A DNA stretch of 64,000 nucleotides from Chrysomallon squamiferum. Its lineage: Eukaryota > Animalia > Mollusca. Location of the stretch: positions 3,162,001 through 3,226,000 of the forward strand of contig CM022669.1 in the NCBI GenBank assembly GCA_012295275.1. The letters are read 5' to 3'. The position numbers were made by a program, and so were the translations under genes. Below, piece by piece: positions 43,902-55,400 of the stretch; the first letter of the stretch is position 1; the number at the start of each line of letters is the position of its first letter. Below the pieces are notes generated by a model, which saw nothing but the letters and a program-made list of their open reading frames with translations, did no database searches and was not told where the DNA came from.

Positions 43902-46900
43902 TTAGTTCATATTTGGGCAGAGAATTGTGTTCAGTTCATTTATAACAGCCTTGCTATTTTCTCCACACAGAAATGTTTCGTGGTTTCCGTCAAAGTAAGT
44001 AATGTGCACCTTGCCTGTGCAGTGCGGCACCAGTCCATAGTCCAGTGAGAGGGGAGTGGAATTCCGAGGTTCACACTTCAGTCGCAGCAGATAGATATCT
44101 CCTGTAGCAAAATAAAATGAAACATTCTAAATGTAATTCTGGAACTGGAGTTTTTGTTCATCCCACACTAGATGTATTTATAGTCTTTGTTTTAAATTAT
44201 ATTATTTTATTATTATTAACAATTTTATTTTTATTTCATTTTTATATTAATTATTGTTTATTATTTTCATCATCATTACTATTTTTATGATTATTATTAT
44301 TATTAGTATAGTAGTAGTAGTATTTTTATTATTATTAAGATAATTACCCTCAAACTTGTCATTTACTTCATAGTCGTCAATGATCTTTCTGATCTGCACA
44401 GTCTCAATTGCCTTCTTCTCGCGAGTCAGTCTGATAAACTCTTTAGCTGAGTTGTAAACTCCGTCCTTCGCCATCTTCAGATGATTCCTGTTCTGCTGTA
44501 TCCGACTCTTAGCAGCCAGCCATTTTGTTTTCTGAGGACTTGGACTAAAAGCAGATTGGTTTAGCAAATTATCAACTAATTAATGAAAAAAATAATACAG
44601 GCCCTGAAGCTGTATTTAGAAAAGTGTTGGTGTTTTTTAAATCATTACAGGCTATAAATGACTGGAAATGTGAAATGTTTGTAAGACCTATCAATAATGT
44701 TTGTTGTTCTTTTACTTGTCTAAGTAATAATGTACCATGATAAAATCTTTATTTTTTTATTTATTAGTTATTGTTATTGTTAATAATTTTATTATTATTA
44801 TTATTATAGTTTTTTATAAATCAGACCTGTTATGTATATAATAACATTCACAGTATTTAAAGTGTATTGAAAGTTCAGTATTATATTGTATGTGATAACA
44901 ATCACACCTGACAAGAACATTGCCCATACAGATGTCAACAGCCAGAGCTGCCCTAGCAGACAGGTTAGGAATTTGTTCCAAGGCTTCTTGCACCATCTCC
45001 CTGTGTGGGATTGGTCCAAACAGTTCCATGTACCACATTATAGAACCCACCTCCAGCAAATCTGCCACCTGAAACAAGAGATTTTCAGTCCTCATGGTTT
45101 AATGATAAAGTATGAATATTTATGTTTACAGATTTCAAGAGGAAGGATAAAATGCAAACTGGTTGAAATGTTGTCTAAATTAACATTTTATCATGTTTAG
45201 ACAGACCAACCTATTTGATTAACTGCCATTAGTCATATGTTTATTTGTCAGTTTATAACACAGGCCAAGATTTGGTGCACACTTAATACTCTGCCTGTTA
45301 CCTGGATAAAAATGGTATTATCCCACATTGTTATATATTGTAGTGGACCAATAATAAATAAATGAAAGAAAGACTTATAATTTTATTTCATCTAGATAAC
45401 ACAGCACACATGTGTAGGTTTGCATTTTAATTTAGAGCACTATAATTTGGTTAATGCTCATGAACATTAAAATTTCAAGTCTGACGTGCTGGGAATCACT
45501 GTCTGAATTATCACACCACCATCACAAACGTCAACAGCAGTGGACATGTCTGAAGTGCAAAACATGTTTACACTTATTGTCTCCTGATCACCTAAGCACG
45601 TTTCAGCAGATAGCCAACATCATCTAAGAACTGAAGAGGTGTCTTGACTCTCTGCTGTAGCTGATGTTTGAATCTAACTAGTCTGTTTTCCATCTCTCTG
45701 TACACACATTGTGGGATGGAGGAGCGGATCAGTCCGCAAGTGGTGTTCCTGATTTGATCACCAATGGTATCCCAGTGCATCTTCCATTTCAAGTCTGTCA
45801 AACAACAGTCTTCCGTTGTAGAGGTGACTTGTCTAAGAGGGGGACTTGATGGCAATACCCTGACTGCAAACAGCAATAAATACTCCACTTTCCGAAGTCC
45901 AGCCATGGTGCAAGTATTCCATGATTTGACATTCCACAGTAATATATATATATATATATATATATATGCAAATGTCTCAAAAGCTACTATTTGAGTACAC
46001 TCACTATAATCTGGTAACAGTACTTCACAATTGGAATTCTGTTAAAAAATTATTTTTTTAATATCTCACTGCTGTATCAAAACATGTCTCCTTCAAAGTC
46101 CTTCTCCTGCTTAAGAAGAATGTCTCCTTATAATTGAGTAACCATGAAAACGTGCTGCCCACCAGAGTTGTGATTACAACAGTTAGAAGTGAAACCCAGT
46201 CAACACTAGCTGATCATTCCCCACACAGGTGTGTCCAGCTTACTTACTGCTTGACTGCTTTCCAAATTGTATGACTATTGACCATATGACTAATGGGCAT
46301 ATGAGTAATGGGTGGATACCATCTACTTCATTATTATTAAAGGTTATGCAAAGATCAAATAAGGCTGTTTATATTATAAAAATCAATAACCTGAATCCAG
46401 TTTTATAAGAAATAAGAAATGCATTTGGAATATATGTTGATATTAATAAAATCTGTCATTTAACTGTATGTAATGCATACAAACACATTAATATAACATT
46501 GCATATATAACTTCATTATCAGTAAGCTAGAATAACTCACCATGTGATCTGGTGTTCCTTCTGGTATGTGTATCTGTCTAATTCTCTTTGTCTGTCCATG
46601 TGCCCACTCTGGTGATCCATCCAGCATTATTAGGTACTCAACCTAAACATACAACTTAGATCATCTGTATTGATCTTACTGAACTAATGAATGAATATTT
46701 GGTGGATGACAGATGGATCAAGGAAAGTTCAAATTTACCTACATTAAATTTCTGTAAATTCCATTCTTTTTAAATATATATCAGAAACTTTATATTTTAA
46801 TTTTTTCTCAACTTACAGTTTTGTTAGCATCCTGTAGTTGTCTGGCTATTTCAAAAGCAATCATTCCTCCAAATGAGTAACCGAGAATCCGATATGGTCC

Positions 46901-47720
46901 TTGAGGATTCTCTTCTTCTATGCATTTTCTGTAGAAACTAAACAAACCAATAGAGATTTCAATTAACCAAGATCAATGGTCATTAGAAACATTCCCTTCT
47001 CTACTGAAAATTCATGAATTCATAACTTGGCTACAATCGAGAAGCATGGATTTTCTTTCTTTGGTCATTCTGATTATTAAAATTCCAGTAGTTTAATTCT
47101 TATAAATTGTAATCTGTTAAAGAGGAAACCTGACTATGTAGATGACTGTCAATCAGTTACAAGAGAATGTTCAACTTTGTTAAACCAGCAGAGCACACAC
47201 CAATACCTTAAATTAAATCAGCAATGGCCTGAAATGGGAAAGTCTTTTCTAGTATTTTAGTGATTTTAAAATCTGTATTAATTGTGATGGTGATGTTCCC
47301 ACCTGGCAATGTCTTTGACTGATGTCCGAGGAGTACTTGATGACATCTGAACCCCAATACACGGCACCTTCAACTTCATTCCAACAGGTTGTAACAAAGT
47401 AAGAGTGCCTATAAAATATATAATTAATTAAATAAATATGTATGTGTGTATGTATGTATAAAAATATTTTGTATGACCTGTCACATCAAGATAACTCTAA
47501 AAATTGAACAATACTGAAACATATACAAACTAGAAATGCTCTAATAATTTTTGGATAAAATATTTTACCACCTATTAAATAATATATATATAAAATATAA
47601 GTTTTTATTAAGAAACTAATCACCTGTAACGGGGTGAACCATGTAGAGGGGAACACCAGTAGAAATGCTGTTCAATCTGACTAGAGTTGGGTCACTTCTT
47701 GATGGCGTCATGAATATTTT
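43902..47720 (-). other. Thioesterase domain exons of the FAS-like gene, catalytic triad intact
   Basis: PTLVRLNS..PLYMVHPVTG start; Ser in GYSFG (46868-46882); Asp in MLDGSP (exon 46642-46541); His in FDGNHETFL (last exon). These match GYSYG, FDGSP and EGDH of animal FAS TE. Confidence 0.92.
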
Positions 47721-50700
47721 CAGGGCTGGAGTCATTGGGGTACGGGGGGCTCCCACAAACACCAGATCCAGCTGTTTTTGTATAGAGAACGTGTGTCTGC
47801 AAATTTCAACAATTAATTCTTTAAAATAAATATCAGAAAAAGAAGAGTTTATCACAGTGGTGGTAGACTGCTGTGTCATTTGACTAGTTGCTTTAGCACA
47901 GTATCTAAAGTAAGTGTTTGGAGTATGAAGAAATATATATTTAACAAAACACTATAGTTTTATTTTACTGGCAATTAATCTTTGCTAGAAATAAAGGATA
48001 ATTTAGGTAACTAGCCTGAAAGGATGCAGTGAGGCTGACATTTTTATTTATTTATTTATTTCTGCAATATCATTTTCCAATAATAATAAAAGTGAATAAA
48101 TTCATTACAAAGTCCTTCAAGGATGTTTAACATTTCAATTACATCACAAAACAAATTCTTGGTCAGTCAACAAATATTAACAGGAAAGACTGACTGCTAT
48201 AATACACATAATAGACAAATGCATACAAAGTATAAAGAATACGGTTTTATAAATACAAATATTTCAGTACATTCAGCTGCAAGTTTGGTTCTGTTAGTAT
48301 TTATCACTTATGATGTCAGTGAAAAATAATTTAAATCAGGACTTACGGTGTTGTGAAGGAATCAACCAGTCCCTGATTTCTCTTTCTTTGTTGTTTTCTT
48401 TTTACTTTGTCAACAGCAGGCTTTGTTAAAATATTTCTGTTTTAAAAGAAAATGAAACAACCAGAACATTTGCTGTCTTTGTTAAAGTCAATGGGAAGTA
48501 TATTTTGTTGTGAGAAATTAAATCTAACTGAATACTTTATCCTCATCAATTAAATGTGAAAAGTAAGGTGTATTTTTCTTTTCTTTTCTATTGAAAATCT
48601 GAAATGTGAATTATAATAGCTCATCTTCTTCCAGAGGCAGGAACCTGTTTTATTTTTGTATTTTGTTTTTCTTGCCAAATTTATTTCCTTTATTTTTAAA
48701 ATACATGCCATCCACATATTGTTTAAGTTGATAAAATCCAAGAGTTTAAATAAGTTTTCAGTCAGGAAAAAACTCACATTTGTGATACATATTCTGCATT
48801 AACATCTGGTTTGTGAGGTAGAACACTCTGGTATCCAGGATCTCTCTCTATTGTAGCTATTGGTTTTCTGGTTAAATATTTTTAAATGATTGATAACACA
48901 GAGAAAACAATATTTTTAACAGATTATCATTGTTAAAAATAAATAAATAAAAGACTGAGTTTACCTTATTTGTAAGATCAGTCACAGATGTTAGACATTA
49001 AAACAAACCTAACTGAATAACCATTTTCTATTTATATTTGTTAAAACCTTTTGTTAGGTTTAGTTACAAAAAAATAGAGAACTTTTTTAATTAGATTATA
49101 AAATGTGTTTAATAAAAATATTAACAAAATAAAATTTATACATCTTTCATTAGTGCTTGCATATCAGTTAATATTTAGGCACAAAACAATTTTTACAAAA
49201 TTATGAAGAAAAACTTACACACATTCCAGTGGTGTTTTTTCACCTTTGTCAGGTATGGTAAAGGAGAGTACAGGTGTAGATAAAGCTGTCTGTGTGTTCA
49301 CCTTCATCATCTTTTCCAGGTGAGGTACATCTATCAAAGCTGGATACAGTTCAGCAGTTTTGCATGGTGGACTGCTACTGGAAATGAGTGTTTCGTCAAA
49401 TGGTGCAGACTGCAGTACAGAAGATTCCTTGAATACACAAAAAATATTTTAAAACGAAGTGTGAAATATTTCAATGCCAAACTAAGCATTTAAATGACAT
49501 CACAATGACCATACAGATAATGAAAAATAAAGCAAATGCAGCCACAAGCGGGGATATATTTATAAGCAGTTAGTAATTTTTTACATTCATTTTGTCATAA
49601 ACAGAAACACATGCACCATGGCCTTTTATGAAATAGTCATGGGACATTGCGTGGAATTGAAAAGTAATTCATAGTCAGTCATTATCCCAAAAGACTATTA
49701 TTATTATCTACATTTGTACAGACAGCCAAGTCCACAACACTGCAGATCACTTTGTACCAAAAAAATCACTAGACCTCTGTGGACAAGACGCAGATGTAAA
49801 CTGCTAGATCAAACCTGGTGTTGCGGTAAAAAGCTTTCCTGGATTTTCTGTAATGCAGCAACGTCTGACTGGGACAACTCGGTGAAAACATCACCCACGT
49901 TTATTCCTGGCTTGTCTAGCACATGAAGCAGACTCTGCAGCTGTATTGTTTGTGACGATGTCCACGTCTCTGTCAAACTGTAGGTAAATCCTTTCATCTC
50001 AGGGTAGCCTTCTTCAAACAGCTAGACAAACATACAATACATAGAAAGTAATGAGTAAAAAGAATGAATGAAATAAGTATTTCTCAATAGTCAGTATCAT
50101 AAAAAAAGAAAGAATTGTAACTAGTATATTGTGGAATAACAGCAATAATATATATTTTTTTATATAGCCTAAAAAATATGTATTTGCTAATTCTAATTTA
50201 TGAATGAATACTTCGGAACCTTAATTTTAATGTCACGAAAGAAAAAACAGCTTTAAAAGTTGTCATAGAATCTATGGTGTCAGACAAAAGGTAATTGTCA
50301 TATGTTCAGTACAGTATAATTAAAAATACCATCTGGTACATTTAACACATTTAAAACAGATATACTTTCAGATCGGTAGTATTGGATAATTAAGAATAAA
50401 ATCTATTGTATTTATCATAGAAATAAGTGTTCAGATTTCAGAATTTCAGATAAGCAGTCTTCAACGTGTGTTATAATCTAGTCAAATGAATGGAGAGAAG
50501 TGGATTACATTTACCCGTTTGATGGCTTCTGACACTGCATTGTAAACTAACAATTTAACATCATCAACAGATTTCTTCATCAGGGTCACAAAAGCCTGTG
50601 CTGGGTCAACAGCAACAACAGATATGTTTCTGAGGAAATGATTCATTCCAAACTTGTCTGACATGCTGGGAGTCACTGTCTGAATTATCACACCACCATC

Positions 50701-50865
50701 ACAAACAACGTCAACAGCAGTGGACATGTCTGAAATACAAACATGTAGATGAGATCAAACATACAAAACACTTGTAGCCTACAATGCAAAAACACATACA
50801 GACAGTATATCAGACACAAATACATACAAACACAAACACACACACACACACAAACACACACACAA

Positions 50866-50898
<33 letters not shown>

Positions 50899-52421
50899 CA
50901 ACCACACAAACACACACACACCCACACTGTAAAGATCACAGATAACACAAGACTACACACTGTACACACTACACACCACACTGAACACAAAACACACATA
51001 TACACAACACAGATTATGCACTAAATGCAGTGAGAATTAACATTTATTCTGATTTAATGATCTCTGGTTTGTTACGTTCTGAAAACAGCAAACGTTCTCT
51101 GACCTGCTCCACTGTTTTTGATACAGATGTCACATCCTTGACCTATAGTTAGTCGGCGGATCTTTGCAACAATGTTTTTAGCTGATAAATTTCTAACATT
51201 TGGAAACATTGGCATCCAAATCTGCTCGGATTTCAGAATCCCATGTTGCAGTGTAGACCCACACCCAAGCTGATCAGCCAGTGCTATTATGTAAATAGCC
51301 ACAGTATCTGAAAAATGTATATAACATTCATTACATATACATTTAATACTTTCTATCAGTAACATACTTCTGATTGTTTTACTGAGAAAATAAATTACCA
51401 TGTTCTATTGATTAATTTCAAGGAATCTTGCATTCATCAACTGATTTTTCTACAACAGGTAAACAAAATCTTTGATAACCTAGTGGATTAATCTTTCTCA
51501 TTAAAAATTTAAATTATTTATTTTCTTTATATAGTTTTAACATGAATTTTGTTTAAAAAATCAGATTAACAAAAGAGTAATGAATAGGAATTACTGTCTA
51601 ACCTAGAGGTGGGAGAACAACAACAGAGGAAGTTTCTGAAGCCTTTGCAGCATCCAACAAAATGTAAGTAGCCAAAACGAATGGAACCATCATCTGCAAG
51701 TCAGGAACATGACAAGGAATATCTAGTGGAATGTCACAGCAGGATAAACCACCATCTGTAACGATAAAAATATGTTATTTATATGATATAACAGTTAAAA
51801 CAGATACTGATATACATCTGTTTACATCATAGTTGACAAGAAAACTTTAGAAAGATAAAGAGAACTTGGACTGATCACATACTCATATCTGGAAAAGATG
51901 ATCATTCATAAAACTGACTGGTGCTGAGAATTTGAGTAAGACATCAGTGGAAAGGATAACACCTGAAACCAGCTAGAGAAAATATCACTGAGACATTAGA
52001 AGACAATTACTGATGGAGTAAGGATGACAAGCATAAACAAATAAAATGTATAATACTAAAGCAGTTAACTTGATATTTTTTTCTAAAATTGAAAGAAATC
52101 AAATTTCTCACTGACCAATTTCAATTTTTTTCCCCCTTGTCTAATACTTTTAAATTTAAAATGTAATTCTCCACTTACCAGATTCAATAATTATTCCCAT
52201 TAACTGTTTGGATGGGTCTGACTGTTTTGATCCTAAACAGAGCATGACTCGGTTCTGTCTGTGTGACTGAGAATTCAGTGTACTGGTGACTATTACAGAG
52301 ATCAGCAGATCGTCTGTGTGTGTGTCAGATGTCATGTCAGTCTGACATGAGGACTGGTTTAAACTGACTGGTATGTCCGATTTGAACTGCAGAACAAGAC
52401 ATCCAGCCTTTGCAGAGTCCT

Positions 52422-52466
<45 letters not shown>

Positions 52467-55400
52467 TTACTTGTACTATTTGTAGTAGAGGCATTAGTAG
52501 ATGCAAAAACACAAGTATTATTATTATTAATAATAAAAATAATAACAAATGACAGCTCAAATAGTAATAGCATTTACTAGTGATAACAATGAAGAATAAA
52601 ATACATATCAATAAAATAAAAGCAACAATAACTATTATAATACAATTATAATAATTGTAACTATTATAACAAAAACAGAAGAATGTACAAGTCTATCAAT
52701 GATAATAACAGTAGGATTAATACTGATACACATACCTGCAACAGCATCCACCATGGTAAGAATGCTGGCTCCCTGTTTGACCACTTCCAGGTGTTTTACT
52801 GGATTCACCATCACTTTCACCAATGGCCACTTAATATGTTGTCCAGCAAACTCAAGGACAGAGTTGAGAAATTCCAGCCAGCTGTCCTCCCACAAAATCT
52901 CGGTGGTCTCAATTTCAGACAGAGCACTACTGAAATAGTGAAATTTTGTGATGAAATAATAATTCCAAATAATTACTGTATCTGCATAATCATACTGACT
53001 GAATATATTAATGACTTCACTTATTGAGGCCAATGGGACCATTCATCTGAACTTTCATAGAAACATACAAACATACCTCGAGTTGTGAGTGCTCCATTTT
53101 ATGAGTTTTCCGAGTTATGAGCAGCTGCCAGGTCAATTTTATGCTTTTGAGTTGCGAGCCAAAACCCGAGGTTGTTGATACACCGCCGCGTTTTAACAAA
53201 CAACATAACAAAAAATTTTTGCCAAACATGAGTGAGGTGTGCATATAGTCAATATGGCTAAGCAGTACGAGAGTAATACTCTTACTGTACCATACTGAAG
53301 CAGAAGGAGACGATAAAGGCTTTAACTCCAGCCAAAAGCATTAAAATAATTTCTAAGCTGCGGACCTCTGTCCATTAAAAGATGGAGAAACCCTAACCCT
53401 GTACACTTTACATAATTAATTTATTTCTTTACATTCTCTTTTGTTTTGTTTTTTTTATACAATATTCGTCATTTATACATACATTTTTCTTATTTAAATA
53501 TGTTACAAAAAATTGGAGTGGTTTTTGGGGGCTGGGACGGATTAATGGCATTTCAGTTTCATTTGGGAAAACTGATTTGATAAAATGAGTAAACTGAGTT
53601 ACAAGCTTGGTCACGGAACGAATTCAACTCACTAGTCAAGGTACCACAGTATTTTAGAAACCTGTGTGAACAGAAAACAGCCTAACAGCATATTCACACT
53701 AACTGATCATTATGTGATTTTATCTGCTTTTTACCGAGTAGCACTATTTTAAATATTAATATTTATCATGCAAAATACCTGTTCTGCATGTTCTCATTAA
53801 CATCCATGTCATAGCCAGGAATTGTGGGTAAAAACATGTCTGCTGATGGCAGAAGATATTTTCCTCTGAGAAGAATTCCATCTGTTTAAATAAATAAGTA
53901 AGTATGTATGTATGTATGTATGTATGTATGTATGTACATACATAAATAAATAAATAAATAAATAAATAAATGTTGAAAGTATTAATCATCAGTTGTTGTA
54001 CTGACATACAATTTATGAAACATTGTACATTAAATATCATTATTAGTTTTAATAAAAAAAGAATGAAAGACAGATCTTCTGTTATACAACTACGAAATTT
54101 TAAACACCAAATACAGTTAACTATTAATAATTAATAATGTCCATATTTTACATTCTGTAACAACTGTTATCCAGTTGTTTTCATAGCTTTATGAATTTCT
54201 GAATCAGAAGTGTTAATAATGGATTTTCTTATAAGCCTTAACTATTTTGTTTTGTATATAAGAAGGATTATCAACTTTCTTATTATTTATAATAAACAAT
54301 TTGTGTTATTTATCTCCAAAATCAAACTATTACCATCAGGAGAAACACAGAAGCATTTCTGACCAACAAGTACTTCAATGAGTGCATCTTCCACTGTTGC
54401 TGGGGACAGTTTGTCAAAGTTCACGTGTAGATCACTCAAAACAATGGAGTCTAAGGCTTCTTCCTTTCCACTCTGTAACAAGTTTTGTGAAATCTGTTCT
54501 AGGTGGTTTACACATAAAGGAAATACTTCTAAAGCATTTATTCAAGCATGGATTCAAAATTTCATTCATGGTATGTTTTTCTAATAATGCACATCACATG
54601 AGATGTACTTTATATATACATATATATAAAGAGAAAACCATCAGAATATTTAATGGGACACATCTTCATTTCACTGGGATTTTGCTAGTACATCTCATGT
54701 GATCTGGATTAGTAGAAAAACACTTTGATTATTCTGAGATGAGAGGTTCCAAACTCATTCAGCCCCTTTCTGGATTCAAACCCAACATTACTGTTATGTT
54801 TCTACAGTGTGACCCATACATTCACTTCACAGCATTTTAAATCCACATCTTTATTAGAATACCTACACTGTAAAAAATTATTTAAAAAAACAACAATTAC
54901 ATTAGAAGATGGCAGTGAAAGTGTTACAAATTAAGTTAAGAAATCATTTTGAAAATTAATGACAATTTTAAGAGTGAAATATCAAGGTCTGGGAATAAAC
55001 AATAGAGAATATTTGATTTAGAAAAAAGCTGAAATCTGTAAATGTGATGGAAATACAAATGTATGATGTTTTAAAAAGTTTACAAACCAGTTTATAACTT
55101 ATTGCACTGCAAATGTGATAGAGGACAAGAACCAGTGGATCCCAAAGTTTAAAATTATCAATTTCAGGAATTGTGTACAAGTTGTCAATATCATCTTTCT
55201 CTGAAAAGAAAAAAACACATTTATTAAAACTGATTTTTCTCTGCCTTTTCTTTTAGAACCATTGTTATTTCAACAATATGAAAAATCAGACAGCATTTAC
55301 TTCTGTCATTCAAAATTATTTTCACTCACCTTTTTCTATTAAAATATCACCAAAAAAAAAAATAACAAAAACAATCAAAAAACAATAATAATCATAATAA

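Noticed and set aside
51919-51962. Candidate 44-nt extra exon (GVILSTDVLLKFSAP) in the ER region
   Set aside because: Exons 52419-52179 and 51755-51603 already join in phase 1; adding it would break the ER frame.
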